This document shows positions 50,863-63,277 of a stretch of 64,000 nucleotides of DNA, piece by piece. The notes below the pieces were generated by a model, which searched no databases, was not told the origin of the DNA, and worked only from the letters and a program-made list of their open reading frames with translations. Position numbers and translations under genes: made by a program. Position 1 is the stretch's first letter. Each line of letters begins with the position of its first letter. The stretch comes from Eukaryota sp. TZLM1-RC (Eukaryota > Protista > Metamonada: BaSk clade). Location: assembly GCA_040285825.1 (NCBI GenBank), contig JAUPSS010000006.1:1054001-1118000 (forward strand), read 5' to 3'.

Positions 50863-53800
50863 GATGGAGAGGAAGGAAGTTCGACGCGGAAGGGGGGAAG
50901 AAAAAAAAGGCAATTCTATTTTGCCAAAACAATCTGTTGAAATTTCTGCCAGTTCTTCTCTTTACAATCATTTCAAAATCATCCAAAAAACGTAAAGCAG
51001 TTGGTGCAAGTGAACCAAAAAGGGAAAATACAAATGGATACAAATTGTATTTTGCATGCTGTAGACTGGCCAATTTGGACAAAGGTTCATTGTATTTTTT
51101 GAATTTAAAATTTTCAGCATTTGAAAGGGGATTATGAATTTCAGAATTAACAAGCCTTTCATTTGAGGCATTACAAGGATCAACAGACATTACATCCAAT
51201 AAAATGAAGCTTCCATCTAATCCAGGTAATATGACATCACCTCTATTATTCTTATGAAAATCATTTTCAGCATCAAACAGATTTGACAACAGAGGTTCCA
51301 AGAAGGATTCAATTCTATGAGATTTACACATACAATATAACTGGTCTCTTACAGCATCATGAACCTTGCTTCTAAAAGTAATAAAATGTTTACAATTTAA
51401 CAAATGAGTAGTTGTAAATTCTCGAGAACATTTACAAATTAAATTATGAGGTAAATTATCAGGCCAGATAAAGGAACGAAATCTCATATTCAGAGTCCAA
51501 GCAGAATCGGATAAGAGAGTACCACAAACTTGTGGAATTGTTGTTACTAAGGCAGAAGAAGTACTGTCACACATATCTTGTAAAAGATTTGCAAAAGCGG
51601 GATTCTTTTTCTTGGCCAAGCCAAGTCTAACATCAAAATCCAAGCTTTCAAAAATCTTTGACAATTTTTGTTGAAGCTTTTTACAGCAAAACTGTAAATT
51701 AAATAGAGATCGGTTTGGAATTTCTTGAATTGATTGAGGAAAACATTTGGTCCAAATTTGTGGCGGTAATTTTTCAAGTTCACAAGATAACTCATACAAA
51801 TAGGGACTACAATTCAAATGCTGAAAATTTTAAATTCAAAAAATACAATGAACCTTTGTCCAAAATGGCCCCTCTACAGCATGCAAAATACAATTTGTAT
51901 CCATTTGTATTTTCCCTTTTTGGTTCACTTGCACCAACTGCTTTACGTTTTTTGGATGATTTTGAAATGATTGTAAAGAGAAGAACTGGCAGAAATTTCA
52001 ACAGATTGTTTTGGCAAAATAGAATTGTGTTTTCTATTTTTAAGGGGATGTTGAAGATGGTTTCTGATGCTTTGCTTTCTCTTGGATCTCACTATGAGAG
52101 AGTTGCATCTAGTGTTTTTGTTTTGGGAGAGATGGATTTTTTAGATGTTGATTTATAGGTTTTGAATAAAATTAAATTTTAAAAAAAATGAACCTTTGTC
52201 CAAATTGGCCAGTCTACAGCATGCAAAATACAATTTGTATCCATTTGTACTTTCCCTTTTTGGTTCACTTGCACCAACTGCTTTACGTTTTTTGGATGAT
52301 TTTGAAATGATTGTAAAAAGGTGTTGGATTCAATTCATCAAAATATTTGACCAAAGCTGCATTTATTGGTGGTGGAAAAATTTTGTATTTGAATTCTCTA
52401 GAAGATATCCTTTTGCCGAAAATCTTCTTGAAACTACAAATAGCTTATTCCTCGATAACTTAAGAGAAGAAATATCCAGTTTATCTCCCGACTTATGGCA
52501 ATCATGTTTCCCCATATCCATTCAAGAAATTCCAGACAGAAGTTTGTATTCATTAAAATTTGCGTTGAAAAAGCCCCAACGACATCTTTTGAGAAAATTT
52601 GAAAGCAAGGATTTTATTGTTCGACTTAGCACGGCTAAGAAAGAAAATCCTGCTTTTGCAAATTTTTTGATTGATTTGAAGGACAGTTCATCTGCAGTTT
52701 TGATAAATCAAATTCCCCAGATTTTTGGCCTATTTTTGAATGACGACCAATGGACCACTGCTATGAGAATGCGTTGTTATTTATGGCCTTGTAATTTGCC
52801 CAATGATTTGTTTTGCAAATGTGGAGCTGGTTTAACATTATCACATTTATTTAATTGTAATAGATTTATTTCCTATCGTTCTACGTTGCATGATGCAGTC
52901 AGAGATCAAATCCATGCAATGTGTAATTCCTATCATATTGAATCTTTTGTAGAACCTTTGTTGAGGTCTCTTGATATAAATGAAAGCGTAAGAGATTCAG
53001 AATATGGAAAACGACGTGCTGATGTTGTTGTTCCCCCGTTTGATGATGTCATGAATGTTGTTGATGTCGTAACAGTGGATGTTTGCAAGAAAAATGCCTT
53101 GAAAAATGCTCAATCTGAAGTATCCCCCCTTGATGACTCCGAATTGTACAAACGGAAAAAATATGCAAATCCTTTAAAAGAATTGAAACATGTTCACCAT
53201 GTAGATTACCAAATTTGCCCATTTGCTATATCGTTGTATGGTCGTCTTGGAAAAACTGCTATGAATTTTATTGATGATTTTGAAAATCTTGTGAAAAGAA
53301 GAATGAATAAGCGTTTTGATCGTCGCTTGTGGCTAAATCGTATTGTTTTTACTATTTTCAAATCAATTCCTAAAATGATTTCGAAAGCTTTGATGTCTGT
53401 CAGTGCACATTACGAAGAAATTGCTGTTGTAAGGTTTGATGGTGTGGAAGCTTGTTTTGAAGATATTGACTTTTAGACTGTAGTTTAACAATAAATTAAA
53501 ATTTTTCATTAAAAAAATACAATGAACCTTTGGATTTTGATGTTAGACTTGGCTTGGCCAAGAAAAAAGAATCCCGCTTTTGCAAATCTTTTACAAGATA
53601 TGTGTGACAGTACTTCTTCTGCCTTAGTAACAACAATTCCACAAGTTTATGGTACTCTCTTATCCGATTCTGCTTGGACTCTGAATATGAGATTTCGTTC
53701 CTTTATCTGGCCTGATAATTTACCTCATAATTTAATTTGTAAATGTTCTCGAGAAATTACAACTACTCATTTGTTAAATTGTAAACATTTTGTTACTTTT

Positions 53801-54382
53801 AGAAGCAAGGTTCATGATGCTGTAAGAGACCAGTTATATTGTATGTGTAAATCTCATAGAATTGAATCCTTCTTGGAACCTTTGTTGTCAAATCTGTTTG
53901 ATGCTGAAAATGATTTTCATAAGAATAATAGAGGTGATGTCATATTACCTGGATTAGATGGAAGCTTCATTTTATTGGATGTAATGTCTGTTGATCCTTG
54001 TAATGCCTCAAATGAAAGGCTTGTTAATTCTGAAATTCATCATCCCCTTTCAAATGCTGAAAATTTTAAATTCAAAAAATACAATGAACCTTTGTCCAAA
54101 TTGGCCAGTCTACAGCATGCAAAATACAATTTGTATTTTCCCTTTTTGGTTCACTTGCACCAACTGCTTTACGTTTTTTGGATGATTTTGAAATGATTGT
54201 AAAGAGAAGAACTGGCAGAAATTTCAACAGATTGTTTTGGCAAAATAGAATTGTGTTTTCTATTTTTAAGGGGATGTTGAAGATGGTTTCTGATGCTTTG
54301 CTTTCTCTTGGATCTCACTATGAGAGAGTTGCATCTAGTGTTTTTGTTTTGGGAGAGATGGATTTTTTAGATGTTGATTTAT

Positions 54383-57300
54383 TTATTTTTTTTGGTTATT
54401 ATATTTTTATTCAACAACAAATATGAAATACACAATTAAAACTCCACATCCTCAAAACCTGCCTCCCCTACATCAAAACAATTAATCGCTAAAGATTCAG
54501 AAAATTTCCCAAAAGAAGATAGTGAATCAGAAATTAGTGTTACGATTCCCTTAAAAATAGAAAATACAATCCTGTTTTGCCAGTAAACACGATTGAAAAT
54601 TCTTCCAGTTCTTTCCCTTACAACTACAACAAAATCCTCAAGGAAAGCCATAGCAGCCTTACCTAGAGATCCAAGCAAAGAAAAAACAAATGGACATAAA
54701 TTATATTGGGCATGAGAATTTTCATTAACCGAGGAAATGGGTTTCGCATATTTAGCAATTTTATATTTTTCGCCTGCAAGAAGAGGATTATTTACATCCG
54801 AGTTAATGAAATGTTTGTTAGAGGAATTACAAGGGTCAATAGACATGGCGTCCAAAATAGTAAAACTACCATTTAAACCGGGAACAACTAGATCACCTCT
54901 AGTCAAACCCATAGAAGCTCTGTTGTAACGCGTACTATCAATATTGGGATCATCAAGAATTAATTTTGATAACAGCGGTTCTAAAAAGGAATCTACACGA
55001 TATGATTTGCACATTACATAAATTTGGTCCCTGACGTTATTATGCACTTTGCTTCTATACGTAATGAAATGTTTACAGTTCAAAAGATGAGTAAACAAAA
55101 GAGGTTTACCACATTTACAAGTTAAATGATTGGGCAAATTGTTTGGCCACAGAAAACAACGAAAACGCATGTTTAAAAGCCATTCATTGTCTTTTAGCAA
55201 AAGTCCATAAACAGAGGGAACTTGAGTTACTAAAGCAGCAGCAGAACTATCACGAATATCCTTTAAAAAATTACCGAAAGCGGGATTTTTAGTTTTGGCC
55301 AAGCCAAGTCTTACTTCATAATCCAAGCCTTCATATAATTTAACCAGATGGTGCTGAAGCTTTTTCAAGCAAAAACGTAAATTTGGAAGTGATCGAGTGG
55401 GAATTTCTTGAACGTTTTGAGGAAAACACTGAATCCAGATATCACTAGGCAAATTTTGTAATTCAAATTGCAGTTGATTCAAGTAAAAATTTGATTCACC
55501 ATTGATCAGATGAACATCAAAAGGGAACCTTTGGAAAAATTCAAAAACAAAATTTTTACCACCTCCCAAAAATGCTGCTTTACACAGAATCGAAGATTTG
55601 GTGAATCCAATTCCACCCAAATCTGCTGAACAAAATACATGACTTCGAATTAAAGATTCATTTACTTCTAATAAAAAAGAAAAAAATTTGACTCGAAGTT
55701 TGTTAAAAGATCTGCAAAAATTGAGAGATACCGAAGGGGGAGTTGACCTTAAAATATGAGTGAATTTTCCAGAATAACAAATTTTTAAAATAAAAAATTT
55801 GATGTGTTTCTCAATGTCACATTCAGCGATAAAACTAAGATCCTTGTCAAACTTCTCCAATAAATTGTTTAACTGGGAATAAATTTCATCCAAATTGCCA
55901 AGCCAACATCCAAGAAACTTAAAAAGCTTGTTGGTCATAATTGATAAAAGGAATCTGAGCTCCACCAATCATCAAAGATTGTTTTTCTCTACCAATCAAG
56001 AGACATTTAGATGGGTTCAAAGCTAAACCAATTTCTTTGTATTTCGCCGCAATGTCTTCAGAAACCCTAGAAATGCTTTCAAAAGAACCAATAATAGAAA
56101 TGTCATCCATATAGGCAACAATACGCAAATCAGGGAAATCTTGTTGTGTCATTTTAATAATATTATGAATAGCCAAACAAAACAGCAAAGGGCCAAGAGG
56201 ATCACCTTGTTTCACACCAGAAGAAGATTCAAGGGTAAAGGAGTCAAAAATTAAGTCTGATTTTTTCCATAAAATAAATAAAAATATGCAGAAAGTTCAG
56301 GAAAATCATGAAGAAGCACATCAAAAATACAATCACGTTTCACAGAATTGAAAGCATTTTTGAAATCCAAATTGAAAATATATTGATGTTGTTGACTATT
56401 GAAAAAAACATCTGAAGTCATTGAAGCAACAGAAGCACCTTCAACAGTTTTTATACCAAATTGGAAAGGCTTCAAATAGTCCCTTGCTTTAGTAGAAATT
56501 CTGTTGAAAATAAGTGAAGAAAGCAATCTGGTTAATGACTCTCCAATAGCAATTGGTCTAACTCCATCAGGCTTGTCACCTTTACCAGGTTTAACTAAAG
56601 CAACTAAACGGGCAGCAGTCAATTCATGCGGAGGAACATAATTCAAACACATTAAATTTTGAAAATAGGAAGCAAGATCCTCACAAATTTCAGGAGCATT
56701 TTTACAGGCAGTTTTCAACAAATCAAAGGAAATGCCTGAAGGACCAGCAGCTTTTCCTTTTGGTAATTTAGCAACGGCATTCAATACTTCTTGAGCCTGA
56801 AATGGATTTTCGAGCCAATATTGACAAATAGAAGGCCTACTGGGGCAAAAATTTTCAGTTGGATGGAGGGATTTTAATTTTCAACAGTTTCGAGATTGTT
56901 ATCAGCCAGTTTTCCCGAAAAAATATTTTTTAATCCGCTTCCATATCTACCTCTCAAAAACAATTTTCTTGCCTGAAAAGATGAATTAGCTTTTCCCTGT
57001 TTTGGTTTGTAATTAATTTTCTTCTTATTCTTTTTGGCAAAGAATTTCCAAAATCTTGTTATGTTCCATTTGTTTAATTTCAATTGCGAAGAAAAAGAAC
57101 GCATTTCCATTGACAAAGGAACAGAACTGGCAGGACTCACCTCTACAGGAATTTTAACAGGTGTACGAAGAGAATCACTTGTTTGACAGTCATAACAAAA
57201 CAATAGAGGGCGACCATTAGAAGAATTAGAGAGGAACTTTTTGCAAAAAGGACAACTATGCTTCAAGAAATTATCCGTAGGATCAGGAGCAACAGTTTTT

Positions 57301-57802
57301 GGTAAATGAGTTTGATCAATATTTAAATCATAATTAACATCATCAGCAGAAACATTGGGAACAGGAGGAAGATTTAGTTCGGATGGCGTTTGCAAACTAT
57401 TAACAATAGAAATATTGGTTTTCAGTCTCATTTTTTCGGTAATAATATCAGGACATTTTCTAATGTTATGACCAACCTTGCCACATTTGGAACAAGTATA
57501 TCTTCTTTTTTGCACTTTTTCAGGCGTAATATCAGGGGCATCACACAAAGGCAAAAAGTCTTTTTTAAAAATTTTCAAATTTTTTTGAGAAGAATTTCGA
57601 GCATAGCTTGAAGGGTGGGGAGAGTGGAGAAGTGAAGGGGATGAGCTTGATCTGATGGGTAGAATCTTTGCTTGGGTGTTCCAATCAGTATCAGAGTCAC
57701 TGTCAGTCACTGGCATCGTTTTGGCAAAGACACAGTACGACTGTGACTCCGTGACAGAAAGTGAAATATGAGAGGGTTGACTAAGGGAGGGAGAAAAAAA
57801 AA
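54383..57802 (-). mobile_element. Family E full-length RLE non-LTR retrotransposon (3.42 kb)
   Basis: Oligo-pyrimidine 5' end, about 85-nt 5' UTR, single ORF, AATAAA plus A-tail; TSD ATTTAT at 54377-54382 and 57803-57808. Confidence 0.93.
54436..57716 (-). CDS. Family E polyprotein (about 1090 aa: CCHC knuckle, Cys4 motif, RT, CCHC finger, RLE); breaks fall at homopolymers
   Basis: CSKCGKVGHNIRKC; CPFC..CYDC; DGVRPIAIGE; LDFKNAFNS; KQGDPLGP; AYMDD; KFLG; CKCG..HLLNC; RGDLVVP; EKYKIAKY; ..AGFEDVEF*. Confidence 0.9.
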
Positions 57803-60800
57803 ATTTATAGGTTTTGAATAAAATTAAATTTTAAAAAAAATGAACCTTTGTCCAAATTGGCCAGTCTACAGCATGCAAAATACAATTTGTATCCATTTGT
57901 ACTTTCCCTTTTTGGTTCACTTGCACCAACTGCTTTACGTTTTTTGGATGATTTTGAAATGATTGTAAAAAGGTGTTGGATTCAATTCATCAAAATATTT
58001 GACCAAAGCTGCATTTATTGGTGGTGGAAAAAATTTTGTATTTGAATTCTCTAGAAGATATCCTTTTGCCGAAAATCTTCTTGAAACTACAAATAGCTTA
58101 TTCCTCGATAACTTAAGAGAAGAAATATCCAGTTTATCTCCCGACTTATGGCAATCATGTTTCCCCATATCCATTCAAGAAATTCCAGACAGAAGTTTGT
58201 ATTCATTAAAATTTGCGTTGAAAAAGCCCCAACGACATCTTTTGAGAAAATTTGAAAGCAAGGATTTTATTGTTCGACTTAGCACGGCTAAGAAAGAAAA
58301 ATCCTGCTTTTGCAAATTTTTGATTGATTTGAAGGACAGTTCATCTGCAGTTTTGATAAATCAAATTCCCAGATTTTTGGCCTATTTTTGAATGACGACC
58401 AATGGACCACTGCTATGAGAATGCGTTGTTATTTATGGCCTTGTAATTTGCCCAATGATTTGTTTTTGCAAATGTGGAGCTGGTTTAACATTATCACATT
58501 TATTTAATTGTAATAGATTTATTTCCTATCGTTCTACGTTGCATGATGCAGTCAGAGATCAAATCCATGCAATGTGTAATTCCTATCATATTGAATCTTT
58601 TGTAGAACCTTTGTTGAGGTCTCTTGATATAAATGAAAGCGTAAGAGATTCAGAATATGGAAAACGACGTGCTGATGTTGTTGTTCCCCGTTTGATGATG
58701 TCATGAATGTTGTTGATGTCGTAACAGTGGATGTTTGCAAGAAAAATGCCTTGAAAAATGCTCAATCTGAAGTATCCCCCTTGATGACTCCGAATTGTAC
58801 AAACGGAAAAATATGCAAATCCTTTAAAAGAATTGAAACATGTTCACCATGTAGATTACCAAATTTGCCCATTTGCTATATCGTTGTATGGTCGTCTTGG
58901 AAAAACTGCTATGAATTTTATTGATGATTTTGAAAATCTTGTGAAAAGAAGAATGAATAAGCGTTTTGATCGTCGCTTGTGGCTAAATCGTATTGTTTTT
59001 ACTATTTTCAAATCAATTCCTAAAATGATTTCGAAAGCTTTGATGTCTGTCAGTGCACATTACGAAGAAATTGCTGTTGTAAGGTTTGATGGTGTGGAAG
59101 CTTGTTTTTGAAGATATTGACTTTTTAGACTGTAGTTTAACAATAAATTAAAATTTTTCATTAAAAAAATACAATGAACCTTTGGATTTTGATGTTAGAC
59201 TTGGCTTGGCCAAGAAAAAGAATCCCGCTTTTGCAAATCTTTTACAAGATATGTGTGACAGTACTTCTTCTGCCTTAGTAACAACAATTCCACAAGTTTA
59301 TGGTACTCTCTTATCCGATTCTGCTTGGACTCTGAATATGAGATTTCGTTCCTTTATCTGGCCTGATAATTTACCTCATAATTTAATTTGTAAATGTTCT
59401 CGAGAAATTACAACTACTCATTTGTTAAATTGTAAACATTTTGTTACTTTTAGAAGCAAGGTTCATGATGCTGTAAGAGACCAGTTATATTGTATGTGTA
59501 AATCTCATAGAATTGAATCCTTCTTGGAACCTTTGTTGTCAAATCTGTTTGATGCTGAAAATGATTTTCATAAGAATAATAGAGGTGATGTCATATTACC
59601 TGGATTAGATGGAAGCTTCATTTTATTGGATGTAATGTCTGTTGATCCTTGTAATGCCTCAAATGAAAGGCTTGTTAATTCTGAAATTCATCATCCCCTT
59701 TCAAATGCTGAAAATTTTAAATTCAAAAATACAATGAACCTTTGTCCAAATTGGCCAGTCTACAGCATGCAAAATACAATTTGTATTTTCCCTTTTGGTT
59801 CACTTGCACCAACTGCTTTACGTTTTTGGATGATTTTGAAATGATTGTAAAGAGAAGAACTGGCAGAAATTTCAACAGATTGTTTTGGCAAAATAGAATT
59901 GTGTTTTCTATTTTTAAGGGGATGTTGAAGATGGTTTCTGATGCTTTGCTTTCTCTTGGATCTCACTATGAGAGAGTTGCATCTAGTGTTTTTGTTTTGG
60001 GAGAGATGGATTTTTTTAGATGTTGATTTATAGGTTTTGAATAAAATTAAATTTTAAAAAAATGAACCTTTGTCCAAATTGGCCAGTCTACAGCATGCAA
60101 AAATACAATTTGTATCCATTTGTACTTTCCCTTTTTGGTTCACTTGCACCAACTGCTTTACGTTTTTGGATGATTTTTGAAATGATTGTAAAAAGGTGTT
60201 GGATTCAATTCATCAAAATATTTGACCAAAGCTGCATTTATTGGTGGTGGAAAAAATTTTGTATTTGAATTCTCTAGAAGATATCCTTTTGCCGAAAATC
60301 TTCTTGAAACTACAAATAGCTTATTCCTCGATAACTTAAGAGAAGAAATATCCAGTTTATCTCCCGACTTATGGCAATCATGTTTCCCCATATCCATTCA
60401 AGAAATTCCAGACAGAAGTTTGTATTCATTAAAATTTGCGTTGAAAAAGCCCCAACGACATCTTTTTGAGAAAATTTGAAAGCAAGGATTTTATTGTTCG
60501 ACTTAGCACGGCTAAGAAAGAAAAATCCTGCTTTTGCAAATTTTTGATTGATTTGAAGGACAGTTCATCTGCAGTTTTGATAAATCAAATTCCCCAGATT
60601 TTTGGCCTATTTTTGAATGACGACCAATGGACCACTGCTATGAGAATGCGTTGTTATTTATGGCCTTGTAATTTGCCCAATGATTTGTTTTTGCAAATGT
60701 GGAGCTGGTTTAACATTATCACATTTATTTAATTGTAATAGATTTATTTCCTATCGTTCTACGTTGCATGATGCAGTCAGAGATCAAATCCATGCAATGT

Positions 60801-62980
60801 GTAATTCCTATCATATTGAATCTTTTGTAGAACCTTTGTTGAGGTCTCTTGATATAAATGAAAGCGTAAGAGATTCAGAATATGGAAAACGACGTGCTGA
60901 TGTTGTTGTTCCCCCGTTTGATGATGTCATGAATGTTGTTGATGTCGTAACAGTGGATGTTTGCAAGAAAAATGCCTTGAAAAATGCTCAATCTGAAGTA
61001 TCCCCCCTTGATGACTCCGAATTGTACAAACGGAAAAAAATATGCAAATCCTTTAAAAGAATTGAAACATGTTCACCATGTAGATTACCAAATTTGCCCA
61101 TTTGCTATATCGTTGTATGGTCGTCTTGGAAAAACTGCTATGAATTTTATTGATGATTTTGAAAATCTTGTGAAAAGAAGAATGAATAAGCGTTTTGATC
61201 GTCGCTTGTGGCTAAATCGTATTGTTTTTACTATTTTCAAATCAATTCCTAAAATGATTTCGAAAGCTTTGATGTCTGTCAGTGCACATTACGAAGAAAT
61301 TGCTGTTGTAAGGTTTGATGGTGTGGAAGCTTGTTTTGAAGATATTGACTTTTAGACTGTAGTTTAACAATAAATTAAAATTTTTCATTAAAAAAATACA
61401 ATGAACCTTTGGATTTTGATGTTAGACTTGGCTTGGCCAAGAAAAAGAATCCCGCTTTTGCAAATCTTTTACAAGATATGTGTGACAGTACTTCTTCTGC
61501 CTTAGTAACAACAATTCCACAAGTTTATGGTACTCTCTTATCCGATTCTGCTTGGACTCTGAATATGAGATTTCGTTCCTTTATCTGGCCTGATAATTTA
61601 CCTCATAATTTAATTTGTAAATGTTCTCGAGAAATTACAACTACTCATTTGTTAAATTGTAAACATTTTGTTACTTTTTAGAAGCAAGGTTCATGATGCT
61701 GTAAGAGACCAGTTATATTGTATGTGTAAATCTCATAGAATTGAATCCTTCTTGGAACCTTTGTTGTCAAATCTGTTTGATGCTGAAAATGATTTTCATA
61801 AGAATAATAGAGGTGATGTCATATTACCTGGATTAGATGGAAGCTTCATTTTATTGGATGTAATGTCTGTTGATCCTTGTAATGCCTCAAATGAAAGGCT
61901 TGTTAATTCTGAAATTCATCATCCCCTTTCAAATGCTGAAAATTTTAAATTCAAAAAATACAATGAACCTTTGTCCAAATTGGCCAGTCTACAGCATGCA
62001 AAATACAATTTGTATTTTCCCTTTTTGGTTCACTTGCACCAACTGCTTTACGTTTTTTGGATGATTTTGAAATGATTGTAAAGAGAAGAACTGGCAGAAA
62101 TTTCAACAGATTGTTTTGGCAAAATAGAATTGTGTTTTCTATTTTTAAGGGGATGTTGAAGATGGTTTCTGATGCTTTGCTTTCTCTTGGATCTCACTAT
62201 GAGAGAGTTGCATCTAGTGTTTTTGTTTTGGGAGAGATGGATTTTTTAGATGTTGATTTATAGGTTTTGAATAAAATTAAATTTTAAAAAAAATGAACCT
62301 TTGTCCAAATTGGCCAGTCTACAGCATGCAAAATACAATTTGTATCCATTTGTACTTTCCCTTTTTGGTTCACTTGCACCAACTGCTTTACGTTTTTGGA
62401 TGATTTTGAAATGATTGTAAAAAGGTGTTGGATTCAATTCATCAAAATATTTGACCAAAGCTGCATTTATTGGTGGTGGAAAAAATTTTGTATTTGAATT
62501 CTCTAGAAGATATCCTTTTGCCGAAAATCTTCTTGAAACTACAAATAGCTTATTCCTCGATAACTTAAGAGAAGAAATATCCAGTTTATCTCCCGACTTA
62601 TGGCAATCATGTTTCCCCATATCCATTCAAGAAATTCCAGACAGAAGTTTGTATTCATTAAAATTTGCGTTGAAAAAGCCCCAACGACATCTTTTGAGAA
62701 AATTTGAAAGCAAGGATTTTATTGTTCGACTTAGCACGGCTAAGAAAGAAAATCCTGCTTTTGCAAATTTTTTGATTGATTTGAAGGACAGTTCATCTGC
62801 AGTTTTGATAAATCAAATTCCCCAGATTTTTGGCCTATTTTTGAATGACGACCAATGGACCACTGCTATGAGAATGCGTTGTTATTTATGGCCTTGTAAT
62901 TTGCCCAATGATTTGTTTTGCAAATGTGGAGCTGGTTTAACATTATCACATTTATTTAATTGTAATAGATTTATTTCCTA

Positions 62981-63277
62981 ATTTGTATCCATTTGTATTT
63001 TCCCTTTTTGGCTCACTTGCACCAACTGCTTTACGTTTTTTGGATGATTTTGAAATGATTGTAAAGAGAAGAACTGGCAGAAATTTCAACAGATTGTTTT
63101 GGCAAAATAGAATTGTGTTTTCTATTTTTAAGGGGATGTTGAAGATGGTTTCTGATGCTTTGCTTTCTCTTGGATCTCACTATGAGAGAGTTGCATCTAG
63201 TGTTTTTGTTTTGGGAGAGATGGATTTTTTAGATGTTGATTTATAGGTTTAGAATAAAATTAAATTTTAAAAAAAAA
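62981..63277 (+). mobile_element. Family A 0.3-kb 3' fragment inserted in B
   Basis: TSD AGATTTATTTCCTA at 62967-62980 and 63278-63291; poly(A). Confidence 0.9.

Larger units (their letters stand above)
47982..50910 (-). mobile_element. Element G: 663-bp non-autonomous retroposed insert (50910-50484 plus 48217-47982), either SINE-like or an mRNA retrocopy
   Basis: TSD CAATTCTATTTT at 47970-47981 and 50911-50922; AATAAA plus A-tail; oligo-pyrimidine 5' end; empty site visible in the paralogous A copy near 44660. Confidence 0.85.
47810..51812 (-). mobile_element. Family A copy (duplicate of 44498-45560) that later received element G
   Basis: TSD TTCAAATGCT at 47800-47809 and 51813-51822; shared variants PQVCG and REFTT. 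Confidence 0.9.

Noticed and set aside
50872-50892. GTTCGA resembling a Pol III B-box or tRNA head in G
   Set aside because: It is on the strand opposite to the element, and there is no A-box or cloverleaf
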